Source: a virus. Taken from it: a stretch of 64,000 bases of DNA. The stretch is from positions 29,058 to 93,057 of IMG/VR virus record IMGVR_UViG_3300044527_000952. The stretch is one strand, 5' to 3'. Positions 1 to 10,365 of this stretch are shown piece by piece. The notes under the pieces are model-generated. The model worked only from the letters and a program-made list of their open reading frames with translations, did no database searches and was not told the DNA's origin. A program made the position numbers and the translations under genes. The stretch's first letter is position 1. The number at the start of each line of letters is the position of its first letter.

Positions 1-724
1 TGATGATGATGATGGAGATATGGATAAAACAGGTCGCAGTAAGAATGGACCTAAGAAAATGACTGATGCTGAGCGTGAGGAATTGCGTCAGGAAATTAAA
101 CAAAATATCATCAATGCCGCACGTAGTAGCGAAGCAGGTTCAATTCCTAGAGGTGTTGAGCGCATGATTAAGGACATTACAGATCCTAAAATGCCTTGGA
201 GAGAATTGCTTCAAACCAATATAGTTTCTACTATGCGTGATGATTACACTTTCCTACGTCCAAGCAAGCGTGGTTGGCACCTTGATGCTATCTTACCCTC
301 TATGAACTTTAGCGAAGAAATTGATATTTGTGTAGGGATTGATATGAGTGGTAGTATCAGTGATGCACAAGGTAAGGATTTCCTTAGTGAAATTCAAGGT
401 ATCATGGATATGTTCAGCCATTACAAAATTCATGTGTTTTCATTCGATACTAAATGCTATAACTTGCAAGAGTTTAATTCTGATAATATGGATAGCATTA
501 CTGAGTATGAGTTAAAAGGTGGTGGTGGAACAGACTTTGATGCAATCTTTAACTTCCTAAAAGATGAAGCTATCGAGCCTAAACGATTGGTAGTGTTTAC
601 TGATGGTTATCCTTGTGGTTCATGGGGGGATGCAAATTATTGCGATACAACGTGGATCATTCATGGTGATAAAAACCCTAACCCACCATTTGGTACATGG
701 GCACTTTATGATGATGGTAAGTAA
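1..724 (+). CDS. VWA-domain protein (DUF2201-like peptidase/VWA), C-terminal part; likely begins upstream of the window
   Basis: MIDAS-like DMSGS, GGGGTDF and VVFTDG motifs; acidic linker at the window edge. Confidence 0.75.
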   Translation, partial: DDDDGDMDKTGRSKNGPKKMTDAEREELRQEIKQNIINAARSSEAGSIPRGVERMIKDITDPKMPWRELLQTNIVSTMRDDYTFLRPSKRGWHLDAILPSMNFSEEIDICVGIDMSGSISDAQGKDFLSEIQGIMDMFSHYKIHVFSFDTKCYNLQEFNSDNMDSITEYELKGGGGTDFDAIFNFLKDEAIEPKRLVVFTDGYPCGSWGDANYCDTTWIIHGDKNPNPPFGTWALYDDGK

Positions 725-981
725 TGGATGTATTTTGGTCTAATACTTTCAGTGCCAACAAGATAGGATCATACAATTCTTTCCTTACTCAAGATGGTGA
801 GGAAAGAATTTTTAAATCGGTTCAAAATGGTGCAACTACACAAGATTGGGCATTTACTAAAAATTGCACAGGTCTAAATTTAGAAGATTATTTAAATTGT
901 AGAGAGTTGGCTAAAACTGATGAACGTATAGCCCACTTATTAGAAGAACTTGAAACTGTTTATTTTTTAATTAAAAAATGA
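724..981 (+). CDS. hypothetical protein
   Basis: ORF coupled to the previous gene (TAATG). Confidence 0.55.
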   Translation: MDVFWSNTFSANKIGSYNSFLTQDGEERIFKSVQNGATTQDWAFTKNCTGLNLEDYLNCRELAKTDERIAHLLEELETVYFLIKK

Positions 982-1313
982 GTAATTTTAATTATATTGC
1001 AAGTTGGGATGAATTTGGTTTGGAAGCATTGTTTAACGTGACAAAAATGGATGAAAACAATGTTTGGAAAATCTTAAAAGATGAAAAAGCACAACCAGAA
1101 ACTGTTCCATTGCGTCAATTAATTTTACGAGCACAATTTAACCCACAACGTGCATATGAAATATATGCATTTGTTTCTCCTTTAACTGAAGAAGATATTA
1201 GGTTATGTTTTGAGCATACACCACAAGTTATTGTTGAACAAATTAGGCAAGTTGGACATAAATTTTTTTCTAATCATGACCCACACATTAAAAGTAAAAT
1301 AAAAATCACATAA
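978..1313 (+). CDS. hypothetical protein
   Basis: ATGA overlap, 111 aa. Confidence 0.6.
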   Translation: MSNFNYIASWDEFGLEALFNVTKMDENNVWKILKDEKAQPETVPLRQLILRAQFNPQRAYEIYAFVSPLTEEDIRLCFEHTPQVIVEQIRQVGHKFFSNHDPHIKSKIKIT

Positions 1314-1360
1314 TGCTATGCCCCTAAATATTTGTGGTACTAGATATTAGGAGAATACCA

Positions 1361-2056
1361 ATGGCAAGATTTCTTAAACATATTGGGATGCATGGTGATC
1401 GTAAGGTAGCAGTGGTGTTTAGACAGCTTCCTGGTGAGGAGCATATGGCACTTGTTGTTTACACCCAATTGTTAAATCAAAATATTCATGACCCACTTAT
1501 TGCAAGTATTGAAAGCGATATTGGTCAAGCAAGTAAAGAGTTAGCTGACGCACTTAACCGTACACATACACGTGATGGTAAGATTATCCTTCAAGTATTG
1601 CACAATGAAGGTATGCTTAAAAAAGTTAACACAGAGTCAATTATAATGACTCCTGCTCCTAAGCAACATATACGTTTAAACGAACTAAACAAGCTATTAA
1701 ACGAAATGGAGCAAGGCGAGGCAGCAGTACGCAGACTTGCTGAAATTGATGCTAGCAAGGGGCTACAGGACCCTGCAGACATTGCTAAGCGTATGCGTGG
1801 TGAACAACCTGCAGCAGATCGAATGTTTGGGTCACAGGATACATTAGGTGATAATGAATTAGCTAATAATTTGCGCCAACAAGCAGCTAGAATGAGCGCA
1901 GAGGCTAAGGGATTACTTGCAGAGGCAGATCGTTTAATAAAAGAAGCAGCACAAATGGAAGGCAGTGTAGTTGAAAAAGCACCTGTACCTAAGAAAGCAG
2001 CAGCAAAAAAGGCAGCACCAAAACGAACAACTAAGGCAAAAGCAGTAGCAGCATAA
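1361..2056 (+). CDS. conserved phage protein with coiled coil and K/A/P-rich histone-like tail
   Basis: AGGAG RBS before ATG 1361; TAAATA at 1325; tail PKKAAAKKAAPK. Confidence 0.65.
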   Translation: MARFLKHIGMHGDRKVAVVFRQLPGEEHMALVVYTQLLNQNIHDPLIASIESDIGQASKELADALNRTHTRDGKIILQVLHNEGMLKKVNTESIIMTPAPKQHIRLNELNKLLNEMEQGEAAVRRLAEIDASKGLQDPADIAKRMRGEQPAADRMFGSQDTLGDNELANNLRQQAARMSAEAKGLLAEADRLIKEAAQMEGSVVEKAPVPKKAAAKKAAPKRTTKAKAVAA

Positions 2057-2061
2057 TTATC

Positions 2062-2358
2062 ATGTCCCCTGAAATTTTCCAAAAATGGGAACAAATTGTT
2101 GATGATGTTGACAAGATTAAAATCCCTGTAGAGTTTATTAAAAAACTAGTAATTCGCTTGGAAGGTAGGAAACAACGTACGTTAAACATTCAATCACTTA
2201 TTAAATCAGGTCATGAACCCGATGAAGTTGAAGAAATTATTGCTGACAAACTTCGTGAGTTAGATGATGATATGGTAAGCATTGAATTTATTCTTGATAT
2301 AGAAAATATAGCAGAAACGGTACAGCCTACCACTGACAATTTACTTAAAAATCTATAA
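2062..2358 (+). CDS. hypothetical protein
   Basis: 98-aa ORF in the operon. Confidence 0.6.
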   Translation: MSPEIFQKWEQIVDDVDKIKIPVEFIKKLVIRLEGRKQRTLNIQSLIKSGHEPDEVEEIIADKLRELDDDMVSIEFILDIENIAETVQPTTDNLLKNL

Positions 2359-2425
2359 ACTTAGATAACTTCATGTTTGATTTTATAAAATGTATATGTA
2401 TAATACATGATTAAAAGGATCAAAC

Positions 2426-3109
2426 ATGAATGTAAAATTAGTATCTTATTCTCAACCAACAGAAGAATTTAAAAGTCTTGGTCTTGAAGATGCCCAAGAT
2501 TTAATTGCATATTGTGCAAGAGTTAGTAATCCATCTAACCAACTTAATACTGAAACTAGTGATAAACTAATACGTTATCTTATTAAGAACGCACATTGGT
2601 CACCATTAGAAATGGTCAGTGCATGTATGGAAATCACAACTACACGTGATATTGCAAGACAAATATTGCGTCATCGTTCTTTTTCATTCCAAGAATTTTC
2701 ACAACGTTATGCAGACCCAACTAAAGATTTAAATTTTGTTGTACGTGAGGCACGTTTGCAAGACACCAAAAATCGTCAAAATAGTATTGAATTAGAAAAT
2801 ACTGTTGAACATGGCATACTGCAAGAAGAATGGGCACTTAAACAACTTGAAGTTATTGTTTCAGCAAAAAATGCTTATACATGGGCAGTAAATAATGGTA
2901 TTGCTAAAGAACAAGCACGTGCAGTATTGCCCGAAGGATTGATGGAAAGCAGACTATACATGAGTGGGACCATTCGTTCATGGATACACTTCATCGAGCT
3001 ACGCAGTGGTAATGGCACACAAAAAGAGCATCAATTAATTGCAGAAGAATGCGCAAAGGTTATCGCAAATGTCTTTCCTATGGCAACCGAATTGGTCACC
3101 AATGATTAA
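2426..3109 (+). CDS. thyX: FAD-dependent thymidylate synthase
   Basis: RHRSFSFQEFSQRY ThyX signature; HWSPLE; AKEQARAVLP. Confidence 0.95.
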   Translation: MNVKLVSYSQPTEEFKSLGLEDAQDLIAYCARVSNPSNQLNTETSDKLIRYLIKNAHWSPLEMVSACMEITTTRDIARQILRHRSFSFQEFSQRYADPTKDLNFVVREARLQDTKNRQNSIELENTVEHGILQEEWALKQLEVIVSAKNAYTWAVNNGIAKEQARAVLPEGLMESRLYMSGTIRSWIHFIELRSGNGTQKEHQLIAEECAKVIANVFPMATELVTND

Positions 3110-3395
3110 AAACTTACTTGAACCTACTAATGGTAAAGTAGCGCACCTTATGCAAAATGTAACCTATGTTGAAGTTTGCAATTTTAGGATGGGTGATGTA
3201 GAAGATCCTGAATTATATGCATCAATACCATTGGGTGAATGGTTGACTACTGAAAAAGGTAAATGGGTCAAACAACATAGTAGTGATATGGTATACGCAA
3301 TAATGATTGATGTTGAATTTTATGGTTATCGTTGTGTTGTACGTGCAGCATTTGATGATAATGCATTAGATTTATATATATTAAAATGGAAATAG
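3102..3395 (+). CDS. small protein, dispersed member of the F-x-L-[RK]-W family
   Basis: ends LYILKWK; GDVEDPELY motif. Confidence 0.6.
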   Translation: MIKNLLEPTNGKVAHLMQNVTYVEVCNFRMGDVEDPELYASIPLGEWLTTEKGKWVKQHSSDMVYAIMIDVEFYGYRCVVRAAFDDNALDLYILKWK

Positions 3396-3396
3396 T

Positions 3397-4365
3397 ATGA
3401 TTTTTGTAACAGGTGGGTTGGGGTTTATTGGACATAATGTCGTACGACAATTAGAAAAGCGTAATCATGAAGTACGTATTATTGATAATTGCACTGATTA
3501 TGGTTTTATCCCAAAAGATGAATTATGCTATCTAGTTAAAGAACGTAAACAAGAACTCAAATCAATCGTACATAATTTCCATATTGCAGATAAACAATTG
3601 CATATGGTGTTCAATATGCTTAAACCACATACTGTCATACATCTTGCAGCTATGCCACGTTCAAAAATAGTTAATGCTAATCCTACATACGGTGCATATA
3701 CTCTAACAGAAGGATTATTAAATTTATTAGAATTATGTAAAAACCATAATGTTAAACGGTTTGTTTATGTCAGTAGCAGCATGGTATATGGCAATTGGAG
3801 CGGAACAATTGATGAATCTCACCCCACCAACCCAATCGATATATACGGTACGCTGAAATTAACAGGTGAAAAGTTAGTTAAATTATGGGCAAAACAACAT
3901 AATCGTGAATATACAATACTTCGACCAAGCGCAGTATACGGTCCATTAGACGTAGAAGATAGGGTATTAAGTAAGTTTGTTCTTAATGCCATGCGTGGAC
4001 AAGATCTTGTTGTACAAGGTGAACATGAAGTATTAGACTTTAGTTATGTTGAAGATGTAGCATGGGGTGTAACAAATGCTTCTATTTCTAAGAACGCAGT
4101 AAATAAAACTTATAATCTTACTAGAAATCAAACTGATTCAATCACGTTATATGATGCTGCCAAGTTAGCGGCACAGATAGTTGGTAAAGGAAATATAGTT
4201 ATTAATCCTAAAAACATTGACTATCCTAGTAGGGGTAAGTTAAATTCAGAATTAGCAAAAATAGACTTTGAGTATAATCCATATGTTGACCTTGAAATCG
4301 GTTTGGAATGCTATTACAAGTGGCTCGCAGACAGCACCTATTGGCAATCAAAAATTAGAAAATAG
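3397..4365 (+). CDS. NAD-dependent nucleotide-sugar epimerase/dehydratase
   Basis: TGGLGFIG, HLAA, SSSMVYG, YxxxK (YGTLK). Confidence 0.9.
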   Translation: MIFVTGGLGFIGHNVVRQLEKRNHEVRIIDNCTDYGFIPKDELCYLVKERKQELKSIVHNFHIADKQLHMVFNMLKPHTVIHLAAMPRSKIVNANPTYGAYTLTEGLLNLLELCKNHNVKRFVYVSSSMVYGNWSGTIDESHPTNPIDIYGTLKLTGEKLVKLWAKQHNREYTILRPSAVYGPLDVEDRVLSKFVLNAMRGQDLVVQGEHEVLDFSYVEDVAWGVTNASISKNAVNKTYNLTRNQTDSITLYDAAKLAAQIVGKGNIVINPKNIDYPSRGKLNSELAKIDFEYNPYVDLEIGLECYYKWLADSTYWQSKIRK

Positions 4366-5500
4366 TATTCCATTTATTCGTTTAGATCGTCAATACGAGT
4401 CTATTAAAGATGAATTGCTCAGTGTTACTGATGAAGTATTAAAAAGTGGTAAATTAGTCAATGGTAAGTACAAGTTTGATTTAGAAGAATATTTTTGTGA
4501 GTATTTACATTATAAACATGCATTTGCAGTGCATAGTGGAACACAAGCTTTAGAAATTATTGCTGAAGCTAATAAATTAGTAACATCATACAGAAAAAAA
4601 GAAAGTCATATCCTTTTACCTGATGTAAGCTATAAAGCTACATTACATGCTTTTATTCGTCATGGTTACAATGTTACCTTAGTTGATGTTGATGCTTATG
4701 GTATGATGAAGTGGGATGAAGTTACAAAAATTGTCGAACAAAATCCTGATATTATTTTTGATATTTGTATTGTAGGGTTATATGGTGCAAAACCATATTA
4801 CAATAATCATAAAGAAAATGATTTACGATTTAAAGCATTGAGCACAATTACTATACGTGGTGGTAAAGTATATGAAGATGGTGCGCAACATTGGTTAAGT
4901 GGTAAAAATGAAATGTCTACTGCTATGGCAATTAGTTTAGATCCTACAAAAAACTTAAATGCTAGTGGTAATGGTGGTGTTATTGTAACTAGTTATGCTG
5001 ATTTAGCAAATCATATTAGAGCAATTTGCAAAAATGGTTCAGAAAACAGTCTATTTTCTACACAAATAGGAACCAATAGTAAGTTAAGTGAAATTGATTG
5101 TGCACATGTTTTAGTACGTACTAAGCATATTGAAGCATGGCAACAACGCAGAAAAGATATTGCTGCCTATTATATGCGTGAATTCGCTAAACATGATATT
5201 GAAAACTTATGTGAATCAAAAGAAGAACGTATGTATGCATATCATAGCGTTAACAAGTTTGCGATTAGTGTAGAGAATCGTGATCGTTTGCAAGAATATC
5301 TACAGTTACATGGTATAGAGACTAAAATACATTACAAACAAAATTTATCAAGACATAGATTAGCTAAGAATAACTGTTCCTTTTTAGAGAATTCTTGGCA
5401 ATTTTGTGCGCATACATTATCTTTACCAATCTATCCTGAACTAACTGATGGTGAAGTTGAGCGAATAACACAGACAATTATCAAATTCATGCATAAATAA
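4283..5500 (+). CDS. DegT/DnrJ/EryC1/StrS PLP-dependent sugar aminotransferase (start uncertain)
   Basis: SGTQAL, EDGAQ, SLDPTKNL, LSLPIYPEL. Confidence 0.85.
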   Translation: MLTLKSVWNAITSGSQTAPIGNQKLENSIPFIRLDRQYESIKDELLSVTDEVLKSGKLVNGKYKFDLEEYFCEYLHYKHAFAVHSGTQALEIIAEANKLVTSYRKKESHILLPDVSYKATLHAFIRHGYNVTLVDVDAYGMMKWDEVTKIVEQNPDIIFDICIVGLYGAKPYYNNHKENDLRFKALSTITIRGGKVYEDGAQHWLSGKNEMSTAMAISLDPTKNLNASGNGGVIVTSYADLANHIRAICKNGSENSLFSTQIGTNSKLSEIDCAHVLVRTKHIEAWQQRRKDIAAYYMREFAKHDIENLCESKEERMYAYHSVNKFAISVENRDRLQEYLQLHGIETKIHYKQNLSRHRLAKNNCSFLENSWQFCAHTLSLPIYPELTDGEVERITQTIIKFMHK

Positions 5501-5504
5501 GTTT

Positions 5505-6011
5505 ATGTGGATATTATCTTTATTACCTGAATGGGCGATTCATGCAATATTTGCAGCAGGTGCAGTTGGAATAATTCTAGGTTTTGTACTAGGATTTATC
5601 CCATTCATAAACAAATACAAACTTCCTATACAAATTATAAGCATTTTAGTCTTTGCTTTTGGTGTATACCTTGAAGGTGGATATGCTAATGAAATGATTT
5701 GGCAGATGAAAGTCAAAGAAATGGAAGTAAAGATTAAAGAGGCTGAAGTCAAGGCTGCACAAAAGAATGTAGAAATCCAAGAAAAAGTAGTCACTCAAAC
5801 TCAAATTGTAAAAGAAAAAGGTCAGGATATTATTAAATATGTGGATAGATATAGAGACCGTGAAGTTCTCAAGACAGTAGAAGGACCTGAACGTGTTAAG
5901 ATTGAAGAGGTCATTAAGTTTGTAGAAAATTGTCCTATTCCACAAGATATAATTGATGCACATAATTCTGCTGCTAAAATGAACGAAGCAGCAAAAGGTG
6001 ATAAAAAATGA
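5505..6011 (+). CDS. probable i-spanin (Rz-like)
   Basis: N-terminal TM helices then coiled coil, C-terminal Cys; overlaps a lipoprotein gene. Confidence 0.6.
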   Translation: MWILSLLPEWAIHAIFAAGAVGIILGFVLGFIPFINKYKLPIQIISILVFAFGVYLEGGYANEMIWQMKVKEMEVKIKEAEVKAAQKNVEIQEKVVTQTQIVKEKGQDIIKYVDRYRDREVLKTVEGPERVKIEEVIKFVENCPIPQDIIDAHNSAAKMNEAAKGDKK

Positions 6012-6316
6012 CAATCTCTAAAGATGTACGTTTTTTAATCATTGTGTGCTTTATTATGCTGTTAATGACATTGGGTGGTTGCTCATTATTCGAAAAGCAA
6101 CCTATTCCTGTCAAGCGTGAATTTCCTCAAGCTACCCCTGAATTAATGAAAAAATGTGAGCAACTTAAAACCATACAAGGTGACAAAGTTGCTATTACAG
6201 AAATGTTAAAAACTGTAGTAGAAAACTATACTTTATATTATCAGTGCTCAACTAAAGTAGAAGGTTGGCAAGAGTGGTATACTGAACAGAAAAAGATTTT
6301 TGATGAAGTAAAATGA
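6008..6316 (+). CDS. probable o-spanin (Rz1-like lipoprotein)
   Basis: lipobox LGGC, Pro-rich stretch, two further Cys. Confidence 0.6.
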   Translation: MTISKDVRFLIIVCFIMLLMTLGGCSLFEKQPIPVKREFPQATPELMKKCEQLKTIQGDKVAITEMLKTVVENYTLYYQCSTKVEGWQEWYTEQKKIFDEVK

Positions 6317-6501
6317 AAGTCGCAGACATTGCAAAAGATTACAAGTTGTACATGGCTAAGGTCACTGTAAAGCAGCAAGGTTATAGTGGGCAGGTTGAAT
6401 TCACTGTAACTGCACAAAACTTAAACATGGCTAAAATCCTAATGAAAAGACAATATAATTTACAAGATCACCAAATTGGCTCAATTAGAGAAGTCAAGTA
6501 A
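6313..6501 (+). CDS. small hypothetical protein
   Basis: ATGA overlap; resembles 54763..54912. Confidence 0.55.
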   Translation: MKVADIAKDYKLYMAKVTVKQQGYSGQVEFTVTAQNLNMAKILMKRQYNLQDHQIGSIREVK

Positions 6502-6510
6502 GGAATTATT

Positions 6511-6765
6511 ATGAAAAACATTGCATTAATTGGTTTCGTAGTTTTGTTAGCAGGATGCGCATCAACTAAAGATCAACTATACTATGATGCTGCTAAGGCT
6601 ATTAGCAAAGACAATACCATGAGTCAAACTGCTTGTTGGGCAGCTATTTCAGATATTGCCAAAGGTGGTGGTGAAGGTGCTAAAGTTGGTGCAATTAGTC
6701 TTGCTGACAAGTGTAAGAACGAAACCATGAAGATTGAACGTCCTAGAAATTGGATGGGACTATAA
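6511..6765 (+). CDS. lipoprotein
   Basis: signal peptide with LAGC lipobox; AAGGA RBS. Confidence 0.7.
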   Translation: MKNIALIGFVVLLAGCASTKDQLYYDAAKAISKDNTMSQTACWAAISDIAKGGGEGAKVGAISLADKCKNETMKIERPRNWMGL

Positions 6766-7521
6766 TAGTTTAGCTATTTGTATAGCTAGTTCATCATTAC
6801 GTGGTGCATCAGGTAAATCGTTATTGTTTATATCACGATATCCAATGATTGGAAACTCTACGTTTTCATTTCTAATAAATCGTTGTATAAGTTCTTTTGG
6901 TGCAGCAATACCATCAGCATCCATTAATTGACCATTAGGCAATTCTAACACAGCATGATCAGCACGTTTGCCATATGGTGTGTCAGCAATTAGTACAACC
7001 ACTTTACCACCATATTTTTTCTGTAATGCTTGGGCAAAGACTACGCATCCACCATCAAACGGTCCGCTATCAGTTTGTTGTACTAATAATGTATATATTT
7101 TGTTCTTATTTTTAAATGGAAATTTACCTTCATGTATGATTTTTCTAGCTACTATACCATGACCAACAGGATATTCTTTATTAAACCTAATAGGTTGTAG
7201 CATTGGATAGAGGTATTTTGTTGTACCACTTTGTATATCAAACTTAGAACCACGTGGTACAAGGTGTTTACGCTCTAGTTTTCTGAATGTTTCTTCATCT
7301 ACAACAATAGGTTCGCCAACAATAACAGAACCTATAGCAACTGCCTTACCTGTACCTGTACGAACGATGCCAACACGTTTACCTATGTATGGGTTTAACG
7401 ATGGCCCACGCCTACTTTCATAATGTTTTTTACCATCTACAATAAGGTCAGCATAGTGTATGTCACCATCACTACGTATGTTTATGCCAATTGATGGTAT
7501 ATCAAACTCATGAAACTTCAT
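6760..7521 (-). CDS. two-domain protein with ASCH/PUA-like N-terminal domain
   Basis: YADLIVDGKKHYESR resembles the ASCH GxKxxExR motif; second domain with GGC..FA and HA. Confidence 0.55.
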   Translation of the reverse strand: MKFHEFDIPSIGINIRSDGDIHYADLIVDGKKHYESRRGPSLNPYIGKRVGIVRTGTGKAVAIGSVIVGEPIVVDEETFRKLERKHLVPRGSKFDIQSGTTKYLYPMLQPIRFNKEYPVGHGIVARKIIHEGKFPFKNKNKIYTLLVQQTDSGPFDGGCVVFAQALQKKYGGKVVVLIADTPYGKRADHAVLELPNGQLMDADGIAAPKELIQRFIRNENVEFPIIGYRDINNNDLPDAPRNDELAIQIAKLL

Positions 7522-7738
7522 TTTTAATTTGTTCTCGTTTTGCAATATACTCTTGATATAGTTCTATTTCTTTCATATTGATTAGGTATGACTTGCCACC
7601 TGTCATATGGTTTTTCAACATACCTTCACTTAGCCATTGTAATCTTTGTTTAAATTCTTCCAAATTAGAACATTTCATATATTCATATGAATTCATGAGT
7701 TCTTTTCTTAGCGCATTTAATTTTTGTTGTTTAGTCAT
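7508..7738 (-). CDS. hypothetical protein
   Basis: 76-aa ORF co-oriented with and overlapping 6760..7521. Confidence 0.5.
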   Translation of the reverse strand: MTKQQKLNALRKELMNSYEYMKCSNLEEFKQRLQWLSEGMLKNHMTGGKSYLINMKEIELYQEYIAKREQIKNEVS

Positions 7739-7864
7739 GATCTACCGTTATATGTCCATAATTCCATCGACTCAAATTGTAATATTGAGTGGTTTCTTCT
7801 CTTGATTCAGTAATAAATTCAGTAGCTCTCATTTATATATTTATGAGCAACGCTAAATATTATA

Positions 7865-8782
7865 ATGGATAAAAAGCACAAAAAATTACTAAAGTTTACT
7901 GATTGGGTTATTGGTCGTTTAGGCATAAAAAATAAACCACAGATACGATTTAGTGATGACAAAACAGAAGTTACCAAACATAGAACATTTGGTTCGACCA
8001 CCCCTAATAATACCATATGGGTCCATGTTGGTGACCGTAATACCGCAGATGTAATGCGTACGTTATGCCATGAACTAGTACATGCTAAACAATTTGAAAT
8101 TGGTACCGCTAAACCACAGATGGACCCAAAGCGTGAACAAGGCATAGAAGATGAAGCAAATGCTATGGCAGGACGTATGATGCGTAAGTATGGTAAAATG
8201 GATGCTACCATATATGAGAGTAAAGAACGAGCATGTTGTGCAGAATTGCGTCATGGTTTGCTTAAGTTAGAAAAGACTGATTACGATACGATTGATCGTT
8301 TAATGAAGAAAATAGCTAAAAAACATAACATTACTCCAAAACAATTACATGATTACTTTGTTGAAACACATGGTGTTATACCTGATACATGGATTAAGAA
8401 GCAAAAAAAGTTAAAGGAAAGTCGTGAAGGGTCATTAACACATGAAGTAGCAGATAGTTTGCCACATGCTTATATTATGCCTGATTTAGATAGTGGTAAT
8501 CCATATTTACAGTATAAATTTGGTGTAGCGATTGCTTCAGCACGTGGCGCACAAGCACGTAAAGATGATAAAATTAACCCATTTGAAGAAGATGGTATGG
8601 GTGATGTATTTTCAGATAAAGAATTAGTAGTTAGTTTTGATCCACACATTGATCAAATTATTAGTGCAGCATTAAAGAAAATTGGTATGCCTGACAATAA
8701 AAAATTAGTTGGGGTAAAAGGTAGTAAAGAAGATACCGATGTTGGAAAACAAAGTCCTGTACAGGGCTTTAAGGGGTTTTAA
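7865..8782 (+). CDS. multi-domain protein with N-terminal HExxH zincin-like domain
   Basis: TLCHELVH...EDEANA; late promoter TAAATA at 7854. Confidence 0.65.
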   Translation: MDKKHKKLLKFTDWVIGRLGIKNKPQIRFSDDKTEVTKHRTFGSTTPNNTIWVHVGDRNTADVMRTLCHELVHAKQFEIGTAKPQMDPKREQGIEDEANAMAGRMMRKYGKMDATIYESKERACCAELRHGLLKLEKTDYDTIDRLMKKIAKKHNITPKQLHDYFVETHGVIPDTWIKKQKKLKESREGSLTHEVADSLPHAYIMPDLDSGNPYLQYKFGVAIASARGAQARKDDKINPFEEDGMGDVFSDKELVVSFDPHIDQIISAALKKIGMPDNKKLVGVKGSKEDTDVGKQSPVQGFKGF

Positions 8783-8783
8783 A

Positions 8784-9218
8784 GTGAGAATATACGAAAT
8801 ATTAAAAGAAGAAACTGAAGATCGCCCACATTTATCTGCGGAACAATTAGCAGCAGTTGAGCGTTTTGCTGATAAGTTATGGGAAAAATTAGGTATTGAT
8901 GTAAAATTTGGTACCCATTTTTTAGAACGATTATATCGTTATGAAAACGATCCACCTATTTCAGGCGCAGAATTAGTTCGTTTATTTAAACAAGAATATC
9001 AAAAATACGGTAAAGAAATTGCTTCGCTACCACCTGAAACTGAAGGTGTGTTTATGGATTTACTCACTAACGTAAACTTACCATTTGTTATTAAGCAACG
9101 TGACGTAGATGAACCTAAGAAAATATTAGGGCAAACCATTATGCGTAAACCTAGTAATACTGCAAAAGGACAATTTGTTCCAAAAGGTCCTGCTTTTAAA
9201 ATTGGTAGAACGGATTAA
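8784..9218 (+). CDS. hypothetical protein, possibly head-associated
   Basis: GTG start, MRIYEILKEE leader. Confidence 0.55.
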   Translation: MRIYEILKEETEDRPHLSAEQLAAVERFADKLWEKLGIDVKFGTHFLERLYRYENDPPISGAELVRLFKQEYQKYGKEIASLPPETEGVFMDLLTNVNLPFVIKQRDVDEPKKILGQTIMRKPSNTAKGQFVPKGPAFKIGRTD

Positions 9219-9225
9219 ATACAAT

Positions 9226-9597
9226 ATGCGAGCTAAAGAATTCATAGCAGAACACAATCCTACAGGTAAACCACATCCTAATGCTAAAGAAGCATCAAGA
9301 GGTTTACATAAGTTTCGTGATATCAATGCACAAGACCGTATCTATGAATTAAATCGTGTCATGATGGCAGTTGCATGTACTGATGGTAAAGTTCCTGTTA
9401 ATTTAGACTCTGAGAGTTATACAGGTCGTAATAATACTGCACATCCTTATACAAAAGAAGAACAAGACATGCTCAAAATTGCATATGCAGCAGTAGGTTC
9501 CGAAGTACATGATTTAAATAATGGTGATATGCGTAGTTTAGAAGTAAAAGATACCAATAAAACAAGCCCAATACAAGCATTTAAAGGCTTCAAATAA
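9226..9597 (+). CDS. conserved phage protein, paralog of the C-terminal domain of 7865..8782
   Basis: MRAKEFIAE leader; C-terminal SPIQAFKGF. Confidence 0.6.
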   Translation: MRAKEFIAEHNPTGKPHPNAKEASRGLHKFRDINAQDRIYELNRVMMAVACTDGKVPVNLDSESYTGRNNTAHPYTKEEQDMLKIAYAAVGSEVHDLNNGDMRSLEVKDTNKTSPIQAFKGFK

Positions 9598-9645
9598 TTT
9601 TTCAACCCGTCCTACTATGTATAAGTAGTGTTACAGAGGAACACT

Positions 9646-10341
9646 ATGAAAAATATTGATATTAATAAAACGATTGATGCTATTAAACTAAAATGGTACC
9701 ACGAGTGGCTAGCTACACATATCTATGATGAAGGTCCTAGCGGTTTTCACAAAGAACTTACCAAATCAGTAGTTACAAAATATATCGATCCACTTAACAT
9801 ACCAAAAAATGCAAGAATCTTGGACATGGGATGCGGACCTGGATACTTTCTTGATGAAATCAAAGAACGTGGATATCATAACTATATGGGTATTACCCTT
9901 AGTGATGGTGATATTCAAATGTGTCGTGGCAATGGACATGAAGTTGAAGCATATGATTTAAGTTTCCTACCACAGAATAAAGGGTTTATTGATGAAAGTG
10001 TTGACTTAATTTTTTGTCGCCATGCATTAGAACATAGTCCATATCCATTGTTTACCTTAGTAGAATATAATCGTGTATTAAAGCAGAATGGATTAATTTA
10101 TATTGAAGTACCTGCACCTAACTGTGATCGTTTACATGAATATAACATGAATCATTACAGTATTATGGGTGAACGTATGTTAGCAGCATTGTTACAACGT
10201 ACAGGATTTGATGTTAAAGTATTTGAAAATCTTGAGTTTGAATTGGTCGTTGCCAAAGATGAAGAAGGTAATGACAAAAAAGTTAAAGAACACTTTTTCT
10301 GTATTGTTGCATCAAAAGCAAGACCACTTGATCTAAAATAA
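9646..10341 (+). CDS. class I SAM-dependent methyltransferase
   Basis: ILDMGCGPG, HALEH, RVLKQNG. Confidence 0.85.
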   Translation: MKNIDINKTIDAIKLKWYHEWLATHIYDEGPSGFHKELTKSVVTKYIDPLNIPKNARILDMGCGPGYFLDEIKERGYHNYMGITLSDGDIQMCRGNGHEVEAYDLSFLPQNKGFIDESVDLIFCRHALEHSPYPLFTLVEYNRVLKQNGLIYIEVPAPNCDRLHEYNMNHYSIMGERMLAALLQRTGFDVKVFENLEFELVVAKDEEGNDKKVKEHFFCIVASKARPLDLK

Positions 10342-10365
10342 TAAAAAACACTCATAAATATCTTT

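Noticed and set aside
1591-2094. Antisense ORFs such as 1591-2094, 7819-8211, 14502-14873, 24323-24790 and 38720-39196
   Set aside because: They shadow well-supported + strand genes and lack an RBS or recognisable motifs.
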